Counted from the stretch's first letter, positions 1 to 9,528 are shown. The stretch is 64,000 nt of DNA from an uncultured Eubacteriales bacterium (GCA_964492775.1 CAZBLH010000001.1:70188-134187); one strand, 5' to 3'. A program made the numbers and translations. The notes: generated by a model not told the origin, from the letters alone.

Positions 1-1017
1 ATCAAGAAGTTCGCTGACGACTCAGGACACTCGGCCCAGGAGTTCTACACGAATCGGACACTTGTTCGTCTGATGACCCTGATGCTCGACCCGCAACCCG
101 GCGAGTCGGTCTATGACCCCACGTGTGGTACCGCCGGCATGCTCGTGTCGGCGGCCACCGAGCTCAAGAACCAGGGCAAGGAGTACCGCACACTTCGTCT
201 GTACGGCCAAGAGTCGAACCACATGACTTCCTCGATCGCGCGGATGAACCTGTTCCTCCACGGTATCGAGGACTTCCAAGTCGAGCAGGACGACACTCTG
301 GCAAACCCGCGGTTCACTGAGGGTGGGCGGCTCAAGACCTTCGATGTGGTGCTCGCTAACCCGCCCTACTCCATCAAGAACTGGGATCGTGAGGCGTTCG
401 CGCACGACCCTTGGGGACGCAACCGGTGGGGGACGCCGCCGCAGGGCAGGGCCGACTACGCCTTCTTCCAGCACATCGCAGCGAGCCTCGACCCCGAAAC
501 CGGGCGGGCGGCGATCCTGTTCCCGCACGGCGTTCTGTTTCGAAACGAAGAAGCTGAGATGCGCCGAGCACTCGTCGAGTCGGACCTCATTGAGGCGGTG
601 CTCGGCCTCGGGCCGGGGCTCTTCTACAACTCGCCGATGGAGGCCGTCGTCATCGTCTTGCGAACGAACAAGCCCGAAGGGCGTCGGCGCAAGATCCTCT
701 TCATCAACGCAGTCAACGAGTACGTGCGCGAGAAGGCGCAGTCGTTTCTGAATGACGGGAACATCGGGCGCATACACCTTGCGTATGAACGATTCGAGCC
801 GGAGGCCGGCTTCGCTTCGGTCGCGACGCTGGACGACGTACTCGGTCGCTGTGGTTCGCTGGCAATCCCTTTGTACGTGCACGGGGCGTCATCAGCGGAC
901 GCGTCGGCGGAGTTGACTGTGGAAGCGGCAGTCGCGGAGTGGCTTGCCGCAGGCAACGCGGCCAACGAGGCGGTTGAGTCGGTCATCACGCTGCTTCGCC
1001 GGGGGGTGGCGCAGTGA
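1..1017 (+). CDS. hsdM: Type I restriction-modification DNA methyltransferase subunit M (5' end lies outside the window)
   Basis: The frame is open from base 1 (IKKFADDSGHSAQEFYTNRTLVRLM...). It has the SAM-binding motif DPTCGTAGML and the catalytic N6-adenine motif VLANPPYS. The stop overlaps the GTG start of the next gene (GTGA at 1014-1017). Confidence 0.9.
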   Translation: MKKFADDSGHSAQEFYTNRTLVRLMTLMLDPQPGESVYDPTCGTAGMLVSAATELKNQGKEYRTLRLYGQESNHMTSSIARMNLFLHGIEDFQVEQDDTLANPRFTEGGRLKTFDVVLANPPYSIKNWDREAFAHDPWGRNRWGTPPQGRADYAFFQHIAASLDPETGRAAILFPHGVLFRNEEAEMRRALVESDLIEAVLGLGPGLFYNSPMEAVVIVLRTNKPEGRRRKILFINAVNEYVREKAQSFLNDGNIGRIHLAYERFEPEAGFASVATLDDVLGRCGSLAIPLYVHGASSADASAELTVEAAVAEWLAAGNAANEAVESVITLLRRGVAQ

Positions 1018-2180
1018 TCGAGATTGACCGCTCGAGCTGGCGACGGGTGCGGTTCGGGGACGTTGTCTCCAACAGCAAGGAGGCCGTGAAAGACCCGGCA
1101 GCCTCAGGCTTGGACCGCGTGGTCGCCCTTGAGCACATGGATCCCGGCAACCTGCAACTGTCTGGATGGCAAGATGCCGCCGACGGCACAACCTTCACCC
1201 GCTGCTTCCGTGCAGGTCAGACGCTATTTGCGAAGCGTCGGGCGTATCAACGCAAGGTGGCCTACGCCCAGTTCGACGGCGTTTGTTCGGGCGACATCCT
1301 GGCGTTTGAGGCGAGGCCGGACGAACTGCTTCCGGAGCTGCTTCCATTCATCGTGCAGTCAGATGCATTCTTTGAACATGCGCTTCGCACGTCTGCAGGT
1401 TCGCTCTCTCCGCGCACCAAGTGGCAAGACCTAGCGAGGTGGGAGTTCGATCTGCCGCCACTTGAGCAACAGCGGCCGATGGCCGAGTTGCTGTGGTCGT
1501 TCAAGCGGGCGCTCGATGCCCAGCAGTCGAGACTCGAGGCTGTAGACACGACAATTGGTCGCTTCTGCGCTGATCTCTACTCAAGGAGTTCAGGGCTTGG
1601 TCTCGATCGTCCGATGCCAGACGTTGGCGACATCCGTATGGGCCGCCAGAAGGCGCCGAAGTACATGCGGGGCGTAACACCGCGTCCCTACCTCACTGTG
1701 CTCAGTGTGGGACACCTGGAACTGGACGTCCGCGATTTGCCGCAGATGGACTTCTCCGAGTCCGAGCTCCAGATCTATCGTGTGCTACCCGGCGACATCT
1801 TGCTAACCGAGGGCGACCTGATAAGTCCGCTGAATGTTGGGCGCCCCGTTCTGGTTGCGGACGACCTCCAGGACTGCTGCTTCCAGAACACTTTGATTCG
1901 GCTGCGTCTCAAGGACGACGTTCTTCCGCTCTTTGCCCTGGGGATGCTGGAGGGGATGCGACTTGGTGGGGTGTTCGCCTCGGCGGCGAGCACGACGACT
2001 GTGACCCATCTTGGGCTCAAGCGCTTCTCAGCTCTGAGAATGCCCGTTCCTGCACTCGAGCGGCAAGCAGGTGTTGCCAAGCAATTGGAGTGTCTCCTCG
2101 AGACGCGGAGAGCGTTGCGATCGAGCAGAGTAGCTCTTGAGGCGATGGCGGCTTCGGTTCGAGAGGAACTAATCGTATGA
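1014..2180 (+). CDS. hsdS: Type I restriction-modification specificity subunit S
   Basis: It sits between M and R with 4-nt overlaps on both sides. At 388 aa it fits a two-TRD protein. Two copies of the conserved HsdS spacer motif are present (FDLPPLEQQRPMAELL and MPVPALERQAGVAKQLE). Confidence 0.8.
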   Translation: MIEIDRSSWRRVRFGDVVSNSKEAVKDPAASGLDRVVALEHMDPGNLQLSGWQDAADGTTFTRCFRAGQTLFAKRRAYQRKVAYAQFDGVCSGDILAFEARPDELLPELLPFIVQSDAFFEHALRTSAGSLSPRTKWQDLARWEFDLPPLEQQRPMAELLWSFKRALDAQQSRLEAVDTTIGRFCADLYSRSSGLGLDRPMPDVGDIRMGRQKAPKYMRGVTPRPYLTVLSVGHLELDVRDLPQMDFSESELQIYRVLPGDILLTEGDLISPLNVGRPVLVADDLQDCCFQNTLIRLRLKDDVLPLFALGMLEGMRLGGVFASAASTTTVTHLGLKRFSALRMPVPALERQAGVAKQLECLLETRRALRSSRVALEAMAASVREELIV

Positions 2181-5095
2181 CCTTCAATGAAGCCAACTCC
2201 GTACGTGACTTCGTTCGCGACCGCGCCGTTGCTACTGGTTGGACCTTCGTTGCCGGGTCTGCAACACGCGACGATGACTCAGAGAGCATCGTTGCACGCA
2301 AAGTCCTTGACGCGCTCGTGCGGCTCAATCCCGAGATTGCCGCCGACTCCGCACTCGCCGACGAGGTGCTGCAGAAGCTCCAGGCAATCGCCATATCGGC
2401 TCGTCAAAGCGGCAACCTCCTCACCGCGAACGAGGAGTACCGTGCCTGGCTCGTCGGCGATCGATCGATGCCCTTTGGCCCCGGCGGGGAGCATGTTCCG
2501 ATTCGGCTCATCGATCTCGACGACCCGTACGCGAATGACCTGGTGGTCTCCACAGAAGTCACCTTCTCGCAAGGGGCGGTTACTCGGCGCTTCGACCTGG
2601 TCTTCTGGGTGAATGGCCTGCCGCTTGTCGTCGGTGAGGCCAAGACGCCAACACGACCCGCGTACTCGTGGGTGGACGCGGCCGCGCAGGTGCATGACGA
2701 CTACGAGAAGAACGTTCCGATGTTCTTCGTGCCTAACGTGCTGTCCTTCGGAACTGACGGCAAGGACTACCGGTACGGGTCGGTCGGAATGCCCATCGAC
2801 CTGTGGGGCCCCTGGCGCGAGGCTGACTCCAACCCGGCGCCATGCCTGGAAGCGGTCGGGGCGGCAGTCGATGCGATGCTTCGCCCGGAAGTGATCCTGG
2901 ACTTCCTGCGCTTCTTCGCCGTGTTCGCCACTGACAAGAAGCACCGCAAGATCAAGGTCATCGCACGCTACCAACAGTTCCAGGCGACCAACCAGATCGT
3001 CGACCGCGTCGTGGCCGGCCGCATCAAGAAGGGTCTCATCTGGCACTTCCAGGGGTCGGGCAAGTCACTGCTCATGGTCTTCGCAGCGAACAGGCTCCGC
3101 GCTCACCCGGCGCTGAAGTCCCCGACCGTCGTCATCGTGGTTGACCGAATCGACCTCGACACGCAGATCACTGCGACCTTCAACGCGACCGACGTGCCCA
3201 ACATGGTCTCGACCGATTCGCGCGAGGAACTCCATCAGCTTCTGCGACAAGGCACTCGCAAGGTAATCATCACGACGATTCACAAGTTCGCCGAGGCGGG
3301 CGGCGTTCTCGACGATCGCGACAACATCATCGTCATGGTCGACGAGGCGCACCGCACCCAAGAGGGCGACCTCGGTCATCAGATGCGCTCAGCACTGCCC
3401 AATGCGTTCCTTTTCGGCCTGACCGGTACACCCATTAACCGGGCCGACCGCAACACGTTCTGGGCCTTCGGCGCGGAAGAGGATGCCGGTGGCTACATGT
3501 CCAAGTACTCGTTCTCGGACTCGATCCGAGACGGGGCAACCCTACCGCTCCACTTCGAGCCGAGACTCGTCGAGCTTCGAGTAGACCGTGAGGCGTTGGA
3601 CGCCGGTTTCGAGGCACTCGCGGAGGGGCTCTCGGAGACCGAGCGGGCAGTGCTCGCCAAGAAGACCGGCGAGGCGAGCCGGCTTATCAAGGCGCGAGAG
3701 CGGGTCGCCGCGGTCGCCGCGGACATCGCCGCTCACTACAAGGCGAACGTCGAGCCCAACGGCTTCAAGGCCCAAGTCGTTGTCATAGACAAGGAAGCGT
3801 GTGTCCTCTACAAGAAGGCACTCGACGAGATTCTGCTGCCGGACGAGAGCGCGATCGTCATGTCGATGGACGCGCGCGACCCCCAGGAGTGGCGTGACAA
3901 ATACGGACTCGACAAGGACGCGGAGGCGCGGCTGCTCGATCACTACCGCGACCCCAACGATCCGCTCAAGGTCCTCGTCGTCACGGCGAAGCTGCTAACC
4001 GGCTTTGACGCGCCGATTCTGCAGGCGCAGTACCTGGACCGGCCGCTGCGCGACCATAACCTGCTGCAGGCGATCTGCCGTACCAACCGCCCTGCGCCCG
4101 GCAAGCCGTACGGCCTGGTAGTTGACTACCTCGGCATCTTCGATGACGTGGCACAGGCGCTCGAGTTCGATGACGAGTCGGTCAAGCGCGTGATCACCAA
4201 CCTCAACGAGGTCAAGGCGCAGCTCCCGGCCGCGATTAAGGGAGCACTCTCGTTCTTCCCAGGCGTGGACCGGACCATTGAAGGGCATGAGGGCCTCATG
4301 GCCGCGCAGCAGTGCCTCCCTGACGTTGAGATGCGCGACAAGTTCGCTGCCGCGTATACGTTCCTCGCTCGGCTGTGGGAGGCGCTGTCACCTGACCCGG
4401 TCCTCAACGAGTACCGCGACGACTACCGCTGGCTCTCCGACGTGTACGAGTCCGTGAAGCCCTTCGACCCGGCCGGCCGCCTGGTGTGGCACCGCCTCGG
4501 CCCGAAGACGCTCGAGCTTGTCAACGAGCATGTCCACGTTGATGTAGTACGCGAAGACTTGGACACCATCGAACTTGAGGCCGAACTGCTCGAGTCACTC
4601 GGCGATCTCATCGACGAGGCGGAGGCGAAGAAGAAGGCCAAGCACCTCGACATCCTGCTCGCCGCTCGTCTGGGTCGCCACAAGAACGACCCTCGGTTTG
4701 TCGCGATTGGTGAACGACTCGAGGCGCTTCGCGACAAGTTCTCGGCGGGCCTGATGAACAGCGTTGAGTTCCTGAAGTCCTTGCTCGAACTGGCCCAAGA
4801 AACAGTCGTCATCGAGAAGACGGTCGAGGCGCTGTCGAAAGAGGAGCAGGGCAAAGCCGCACTCAGCGCCCTGTTCGAGTCGATCCAGACTGAGGAGACT
4901 CCGGTCATCGTCGCCCGTGTGGTCGAGGACATCGACACCATCGTGCGGGAGGTCCGCTTCCCGGAGTGGCAGGCCACGTCAGCCGGCGAGCGCGAGGTCA
5001 AGAAGGCGCTGCGTCAGACACTGCTCCGCTACAAGTTGCACCGCGAGCAGGAGCTGTTCGATAAGGCGTACGGCTACATCCGGGAGTACTACTAG
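2177..5095 (+). CDS. hsdR: Type I restriction endonuclease subunit R (SF2 helicase/translocase-nuclease)
   Basis: 972 aa. Walker A FQGSGKSLLMVF, DEAH box MVDEAHRTQ, LTGTPI, and motif VI QAICRTNR. ATGA overlap with hsdS. Confidence 0.9.
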   Translation: MTFNEANSVRDFVRDRAVATGWTFVAGSATRDDDSESIVARKVLDALVRLNPEIAADSALADEVLQKLQAIAISARQSGNLLTANEEYRAWLVGDRSMPFGPGGEHVPIRLIDLDDPYANDLVVSTEVTFSQGAVTRRFDLVFWVNGLPLVVGEAKTPTRPAYSWVDAAAQVHDDYEKNVPMFFVPNVLSFGTDGKDYRYGSVGMPIDLWGPWREADSNPAPCLEAVGAAVDAMLRPEVILDFLRFFAVFATDKKHRKIKVIARYQQFQATNQIVDRVVAGRIKKGLIWHFQGSGKSLLMVFAANRLRAHPALKSPTVVIVVDRIDLDTQITATFNATDVPNMVSTDSREELHQLLRQGTRKVIITTIHKFAEAGGVLDDRDNIIVMVDEAHRTQEGDLGHQMRSALPNAFLFGLTGTPINRADRNTFWAFGAEEDAGGYMSKYSFSDSIRDGATLPLHFEPRLVELRVDREALDAGFEALAEGLSETERAVLAKKTGEASRLIKARERVAAVAADIAAHYKANVEPNGFKAQVVVIDKEACVLYKKALDEILLPDESAIVMSMDARDPQEWRDKYGLDKDAEARLLDHYRDPNDPLKVLVVTAKLLTGFDAPILQAQYLDRPLRDHNLLQAICRTNRPAPGKPYGLVVDYLGIFDDVAQALEFDDESVKRVITNLNEVKAQLPAAIKGALSFFPGVDRTIEGHEGLMAAQQCLPDVEMRDKFAAAYTFLARLWEALSPDPVLNEYRDDYRWLSDVYESVKPFDPAGRLVWHRLGPKTLELVNEHVHVDVVREDLDTIELEAELLESLGDLIDEAEAKKKAKHLDILLAARLGRHKNDPRFVAIGERLEALRDKFSAGLMNSVEFLKSLLELAQETVVIEKTVEALSKEEQGKAALSALFESIQTEETPVIVARVVEDIDTIVREVRFPEWQATSAGEREVKKALRQTLLRYKLHREQELFDKAYGYIREYY

Positions 5096-5100
5096 CAACC

Positions 5101-5138
5101 ACGCACGAACGTGAGAACCGGTTTCCACGTTCGTGCGT
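5101..5138 (+). terminator. Perfect 13-bp hairpin directly after hsdR (possible terminator or attenuator, no U-tract)
   Basis: ACGCACGAACGTG (5101-5113) pairs with CACGTTCGTGCGT (5126-5138) across a 12-nt near-palindromic loop, AGAACCGGTTTC. The hairpin ends 10 nt before the ATG at 5149. Confidence 0.4.
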
Positions 5139-5148
5139 AGATAGTGGG

Positions 5149-5985
5149 ATGGGGATTGCGTTGTCCAGCAAGCCAGCAGGCATACAGTACGCCGGCGAAG
5201 CAGGCCTTACTCTATCCTGCCAAGAGGCGGTGCTCCGTCTGCTGCAGTTTGGCGACAAGATCACGCACGCTCGCATCTTGACGTGCAATGGTGGCCACGG
5301 CCTTCTGCTCACGACGGACAAGCGTGAGACCGTCGGTATCAAGGCCGGATTTGCCTCAGGATACCCCGGGGAGGGGCCGCGCCGCTTCTCCTATGTCCTG
5401 CACGTACTCTGGCATCACGAGGTGGAGATCAGCCAGGCACAAGTGAGCCAAGGGATTCTCGACAGGTTGGACGCCTCAGCTCTCACGGAGGCCGACATGG
5501 AGACCATACGCCGAGCCAAGCCGGGCGATCACTGGAAGTACTACATGCTGCCGCAGCATGTCAGCGTGAGTCCTTGGTCGGAGTTCCCGCCGGCGATTCC
5601 GTACGCCATCGTTGACGAGCGCCTGGCTGACCTTGCTCTGACCTTCTGGGAGGCCCCAGGTGACCGGCTGCTCACGGCCTGGCGGCGTCTTGAAGATGCC
5701 GTGCGGAAGCGCACTGGTCTCGAGGAACACGGAGCCAAGCTCTTCTCGCGCGCTTTCGTCGGCGACGCCGCCCTGCTGCGGTGGGCTGACAAGGGCGCCG
5801 GTGAGGCGGAGGGCGCGGCACAGCTCTTCGCAAATGGATTCAAGGCGTACCGCAACCGGCGAGCGCATCGCGAAGTGAGCGACCATCCAGAAGACCAGCT
5901 CGTCGAGTTCCTGATGCTGAACCAGCTCTTCCGGCTGGAAGGGGCCTCTGAGCTCATCGCTGAGAAGTCGCAGGCGGGTGGATAG
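5149..5985 (+). CDS. HEPN-domain protein of the TIGR02391 / Hypoth_Ymh type with an unassigned ~130-aa N-terminal domain
   Basis: The C-terminal half reads IVDERLADLALTFWEAPGDRLLTAWRRLEDAVRKRTG...LFANGFKAYRNRRAHRE. This contains the R-x4-H HEPN motif in the context typical of TIGR02391. The N-terminal part (e.g. GFASGYPGEGPRRFSYVL) matches nothing I recognise. Confidence 0.65.
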   Translation: MGIALSSKPAGIQYAGEAGLTLSCQEAVLRLLQFGDKITHARILTCNGGHGLLLTTDKRETVGIKAGFASGYPGEGPRRFSYVLHVLWHHEVEISQAQVSQGILDRLDASALTEADMETIRRAKPGDHWKYYMLPQHVSVSPWSEFPPAIPYAIVDERLADLALTFWEAPGDRLLTAWRRLEDAVRKRTGLEEHGAKLFSRAFVGDAALLRWADKGAGEAEGAAQLFANGFKAYRNRRAHREVSDHPEDQLVEFLMLNQLFRLEGASELIAEKSQAGG

Positions 5986-7002
5986 ATGCCGGAGCAGACT
6001 AATCGAGTCGTTACTGAGAATGCCGAGGAAGAACAGTGGCGCCTGCTTACAAGGCTGGCGTATCCACGGAATATCAGGGCGTATCGCGACGGCCACGCGG
6101 AGGCGCCTCTACAGGCAGAGGGCGAGGAGTACGTATCCGGGTGTCTTCACCAGGCGCAAGCGTACTTCGAGTCGGCGGCCGTCGCTCCGATCGACATCAG
6201 CCCACTGCTGCTCTACTACGGGGCCGTCAGTCTGTTCGGGGCTGCAACTGCGCTCGGTACTGGTGTTGTGCCGGCGATACAGTCGCATGGGATGCAGCTT
6301 GACCAGGTCGACGCCGCGCAACAGATTGGCCAGGTCAGCGTGAAGACCTCATCTTCGCTTTCGGGTGGTCTGGGTGCGTTCGCCAAGTACTTCGGCGATG
6401 ACTGTCGTCTTGGCGGAGTGGACACCTGGAGTCTCCAAGAACTGATGGCGTCTGTGCCAGATCTCAAACTTGATGCTCAACTCTGCTATGGAGCCGACGC
6501 GTCTTTCGTTCTTCCGGTTGAGACGGTCCGGTCTGGAGAGCGCTCCGCGGAGCGGATCGCACTCGAGGATTTTGGCGGCAGACCAGTTGATGAAGTCGTA
6601 GGAAGAATCGCCGGATTCACGAAGGCATACTTGCCGCCGCAGTTCTCGAACAAGAACGAATGGGTTGTGCTGCATCGACGGATTGGCTCCCAGCCCATAG
6701 GAATCAGGTCGCTTTCGGGGCAGCGGTATCTGCAGCTCTCACACCTAAAGGGAGGGCAGCAAGTCAGTCCGCGAATCGAGACGCTGATGTTCATGGGGCT
6801 GTTCGTGCTTGGCTCAGTTTCCCGATATCACCCAAGTCTGTGGAACCCGTTTGTCCGCAGCGATCAGACCGGAGAGTTGTTGATCGTTGAGCGGTTCCTG
6901 TCTGTGTGCCGCAGGATGCTGCCCAATCTGGTCTTGGACGCAATTCATGACGAGAGGTTCATCTTCGTTCGTCCGTCCGCGGGAGGTGAGGGTAACGACT
7001 GA
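5986..7002 (+). CDS. YaaC-like family protein (function unknown)
   Basis: The ATG at 5986 directly abuts the TAG of the previous gene (TAGATG). Signatures resemble PF14175: QAQAYFESAA, ISPLLLYYGAVSLFGAA, HGMQL, and the C-terminal SVSRYHPSLWNPFVR...ERFLSVCRRMLPNLVL. Confidence 0.55.
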   Translation: MPEQTNRVVTENAEEEQWRLLTRLAYPRNIRAYRDGHAEAPLQAEGEEYVSGCLHQAQAYFESAAVAPIDISPLLLYYGAVSLFGAATALGTGVVPAIQSHGMQLDQVDAAQQIGQVSVKTSSSLSGGLGAFAKYFGDDCRLGGVDTWSLQELMASVPDLKLDAQLCYGADASFVLPVETVRSGERSAERIALEDFGGRPVDEVVGRIAGFTKAYLPPQFSNKNEWVVLHRRIGSQPIGIRSLSGQRYLQLSHLKGGQQVSPRIETLMFMGLFVLGSVSRYHPSLWNPFVRSDQTGELLIVERFLSVCRRMLPNLVLDAIHDERFIFVRPSAGGEGND

Positions 7003-8011
7003 ACGTCTACGAGCCGTCGCGTACTCGGCGTGCAAGTTGGTCAGGGATTGGGAGGGAAGAGGCGAGTTCGGTGAAGTCATTAGGAGCCTCACAGTCTCCA
7101 CGGGTCAGCCGATGTCGCCGAATGACCGGAGTATGTTCGGCTACGTGGCCCGCCAGCAGCACGCGCAAGTGGCCGGGTATCTGGCGACCGACCAGTACCG
7201 CGACAGACTGGCAGGCCAGCCTTTTGGACCGCCACCACCACTGGTTGAGCACGAACGAAAGTTGCTTGCTGGGGTGCACGCGGAGTTCCTCCGGCTGAAC
7301 GACACATGCATCGATCGGGTATTTGCGGCGGGGCACTCCGCGAGGGCGATTCTCGACCCTTACAACTCTCTCGCACCCGTGTCGGTCGCAGAAGCGGCCC
7401 CAGTAGCGATGTTCAATGAAGAGACCGTGCACCTAGTCGCTGACGCATTCGAGCTCCATCCGGGGCTTGCAGTCGTGCGGGGGCTGAACGTACCAGACGG
7501 CGCCGAAGACGCCGAGCGGATGCTTGAGGCAACCCACGTACTCGAACGACACCTCCAGCAGGCGGGCCCGCTGGAGACTCCCGACGACATCTTCCGCGTC
7601 ATGGTCGAGCGCGATACGCCGCAGCAGCAGATGATGAAGGTGGTCGCCGCATTCATGAACCTGCGAGCGGCTTTGGGCGTGCTCGACCAGCTGGTATATC
7701 AGGCGATGCTCAGAGATAGACTGCCGGCCCTCAGTCCGGACAACACGATCGCAGTAGACAAAGCGGTGCACCACGCCGCCGGTGGCGGATGGCAGCTGCT
7801 CTGCCTTCATGACGAGGCGACGGCGCACATGGAGTGTGGTGGTCTTGCGCTGCTGTCCGGTCTGCCGGGCGTAGTGGACACGTCTCAACTGGCGTCGATA
7901 TCTCGGATTACGACGAGTATGGGAGGGGAGATCGGGCCGACCCTTGAACTAGAACTACGGGAAATCGATGAGAACCTCTCGCCATACGGAGGCCTGCTGT
8001 CTCGAGCATGA
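6986..8011 (+). CDS. Hypothetical protein, no recognisable domain (start uncertain: ORF opens at 6887, GTG at 6986, ATG at 7112)
   Basis: Long ORF in the sense direction that overlaps the stop of the YaaC-like gene. Third-position GC bias is consistent with coding, but rare codons (AGA, AGG, ATA, CTA) are used. There are no motifs I can assign. Confidence 0.5.
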   Translation: MRVTTERLRAVAYSACKLVRDWEGRGEFGEVIRSLTVSTGQPMSPNDRSMFGYVARQQHAQVAGYLATDQYRDRLAGQPFGPPPPLVEHERKLLAGVHAEFLRLNDTCIDRVFAAGHSARAILDPYNSLAPVSVAEAAPVAMFNEETVHLVADAFELHPGLAVVRGLNVPDGAEDAERMLEATHVLERHLQQAGPLETPDDIFRVMVERDTPQQQMMKVVAAFMNLRAALGVLDQLVYQAMLRDRLPALSPDNTIAVDKAVHHAAGGGWQLLCLHDEATAHMECGGLALLSGLPGVVDTSQLASISRITTSMGGEIGPTLELELREIDENLSPYGGLLSRA

Positions 8012-8065
8012 GCACGGGCGCGCGTGAGCCATCGATCTGGTCGCCGTACCGGGTTCCACACGAGT

Positions 8066-8096
8066 AGGTACGTATCCACGTATCCACGTAGTACCT
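8066..8096. promoter_or_regulatory. Operator-like element: a 6-bp inverted repeat enclosing a tandem octamer repeat
   Basis: AGGTAC (8066-8071) and GTACCT (8091-8096) flank GTATCCAC GTATCCAC GTA. It lies ~80 nt upstream of the ATG at 8176, which has a GAGGAGG RBS, in the 164-nt gap after the cassette. Confidence 0.35.
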
Positions 8097-8175
8097 GCGA
8101 CGGAGATCGGCACGAACGGCACGCATTCACCTCCTCGCGGCTACGCTGTGAGTAGTCGATTCGAGGAGGCATCTC

Positions 8176-9396
8176 ATGGCCCGCAAGCCGTTGAACCCGC
8201 GGCAGGTCGAAGTGCTGCAGTGGATTGCCGACGGATGTCCCGATCGCACATGGCCGGACTTCACGTACAAACATACCGCGGTGGCCTTGCGGGGCCGACG
8301 ACTGGCGAAGGTGTCGAAGCGCGGCGGATGGCACGCCGAGATCACCGAGGACGGACGGCACTACCTGGAGCATGGTTGCTATCCCGGGGAGCAGGCCCAT
8401 GCGGCGCACTCAGCGAAAGCGCAGCAGGCGCCCAATAAGGCGCCCAGGCAGGCGATGAAGCCCGATGCCGCCCCGAGACCCAAGAAGAAGAGCGAGCCGC
8501 CAGAGGGGCGGGAGACCGCAGCGCCACCTATCGTCGTTCCCTCGCAACTGCGCAATCCGCATCCGGCGGTTGCTGCGCTTCGCGATGACAAGGAGCACCT
8601 CGGCTTGACTGCGAGCGTGAGGGGGCGGGCGCTGCGTGTGCTGCAGGCGCTTACGACCGCAGCCGAGGAGCAAGGCTGGAGCGTGCGTGCTCCGGAAGTC
8701 CAGCGGCGAAACGAATACGGCTACTCACGTTCTGAGTCAGCGAACCACCTCATCATCGAGACTGGTGAACAGAGCGTGGGCCTTCGCATCGTCCAGCTAG
8801 CCGACCGCAGTCCCCACGTGCCGACGAAAGAAGAGCTGCGCCGGCAAGAGAGCTGGGGCAACGTACCGTCGAAGTACGATCACACGCCCAATGACTACCT
8901 GCGCATCGAACTCGAGCGTTGGGGCTGGGATGGCAAGCAGAACAACTTCAGCGAGGGCCAAAGGGGCCCGATCGATCGGAAGTTGCGCCGCGTCATCGAC
9001 GAGATTGCCCACAGAAGCGAACGGGCCAAAGAGAGGCGACTCGAGCAAGAGGTTCGCGAGGCTGAGCGTGCGCGTCAGTACGAGCAGGCGCTCCAGCGAG
9101 CGAAGCTGCTCTTGCAGCAAGACCATCGAGCGAAGGTACTGCTCGAGCAAATCAGCCGCTCGACGCAGGCTGCGCAGATACGTGAGTACGTGAAAACCAT
9201 GAGGGCGTCAGCCGACGTGCTCGAGGGCGAGGAGAAGACTGCCGCCCAGGAGTGGATCGACTGGGCCGTCCGCTACGCCGACGTGATCGACCCGCTCAGG
9301 CGAGAGCTCAGGATGCCCGAGGACCCCGAGCCGACGGAGGAGGCGCTTCGACCCTTCATGGGCGGCTGGAATGCGTACGGCCCGCGAGGTTGGTAG
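8176..9396 (+). CDS. Hypothetical protein: possible N-terminal wHTH, a Pro/Ala/Lys-rich linker, a central globular region and a C-terminal coiled coil
   Basis: The N-terminus reads RQVEVLQWIADGCPD...HTAVALRGRRLAKVSKRGGWHAEITEDGRHYLEHG. The linker is QAPNKAPRQAMKPDAAPRPKKKSEPPEG. A heptad-like charged stretch follows: RSERAKERRLEQEVREAERARQYEQALQRAKLLLQQDHRAKVLLEQI. Good RBS. I recognise no family. Confidence 0.55.
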   Translation: MARKPLNPRQVEVLQWIADGCPDRTWPDFTYKHTAVALRGRRLAKVSKRGGWHAEITEDGRHYLEHGCYPGEQAHAAHSAKAQQAPNKAPRQAMKPDAAPRPKKKSEPPEGRETAAPPIVVPSQLRNPHPAVAALRDDKEHLGLTASVRGRALRVLQALTTAAEEQGWSVRAPEVQRRNEYGYSRSESANHLIIETGEQSVGLRIVQLADRSPHVPTKEELRRQESWGNVPSKYDHTPNDYLRIELERWGWDGKQNNFSEGQRGPIDRKLRRVIDEIAHRSERAKERRLEQEVREAERARQYEQALQRAKLLLQQDHRAKVLLEQISRSTQAAQIREYVKTMRASADVLEGEEKTAAQEWIDWAVRYADVIDPLRRELRMPEDPEPTEEALRPFMGGWNAYGPRGW

Positions 9397-9528
9397 TCTG
9401 TAGGCGTCTCTAGTCGCCGTGTAGACGTGTTCAGTGCAGCATTCTCGTACGCGGCGTCGCCGGAGCGATGAAGTGTTCAGCAACTGGCTTAACTTGAGCT
9501 GGTCACTCGATTTAGGGACGTAGAAGCC

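Noticed and set aside
22-882. Long antisense ORFs opposite real genes. Examples: 22-882(-), 2279-3046(-), 12176-13129(-), 25172-26560(-), 25723-26910(-), 35369-36520(-), 37602-38432(-), 45020-46240(-), 46928-47833(-), 50373-51578(-), 51622-52635(-), 55204-56067(-), 60769-61599(-).
   Set aside because: Their translations are Arg/Pro/Gly/His-rich low-complexity strings with no motifs. Each mirrors a sense-strand gene with clear family signatures. Stop-free antisense frames like these are expected in GC-rich DNA.
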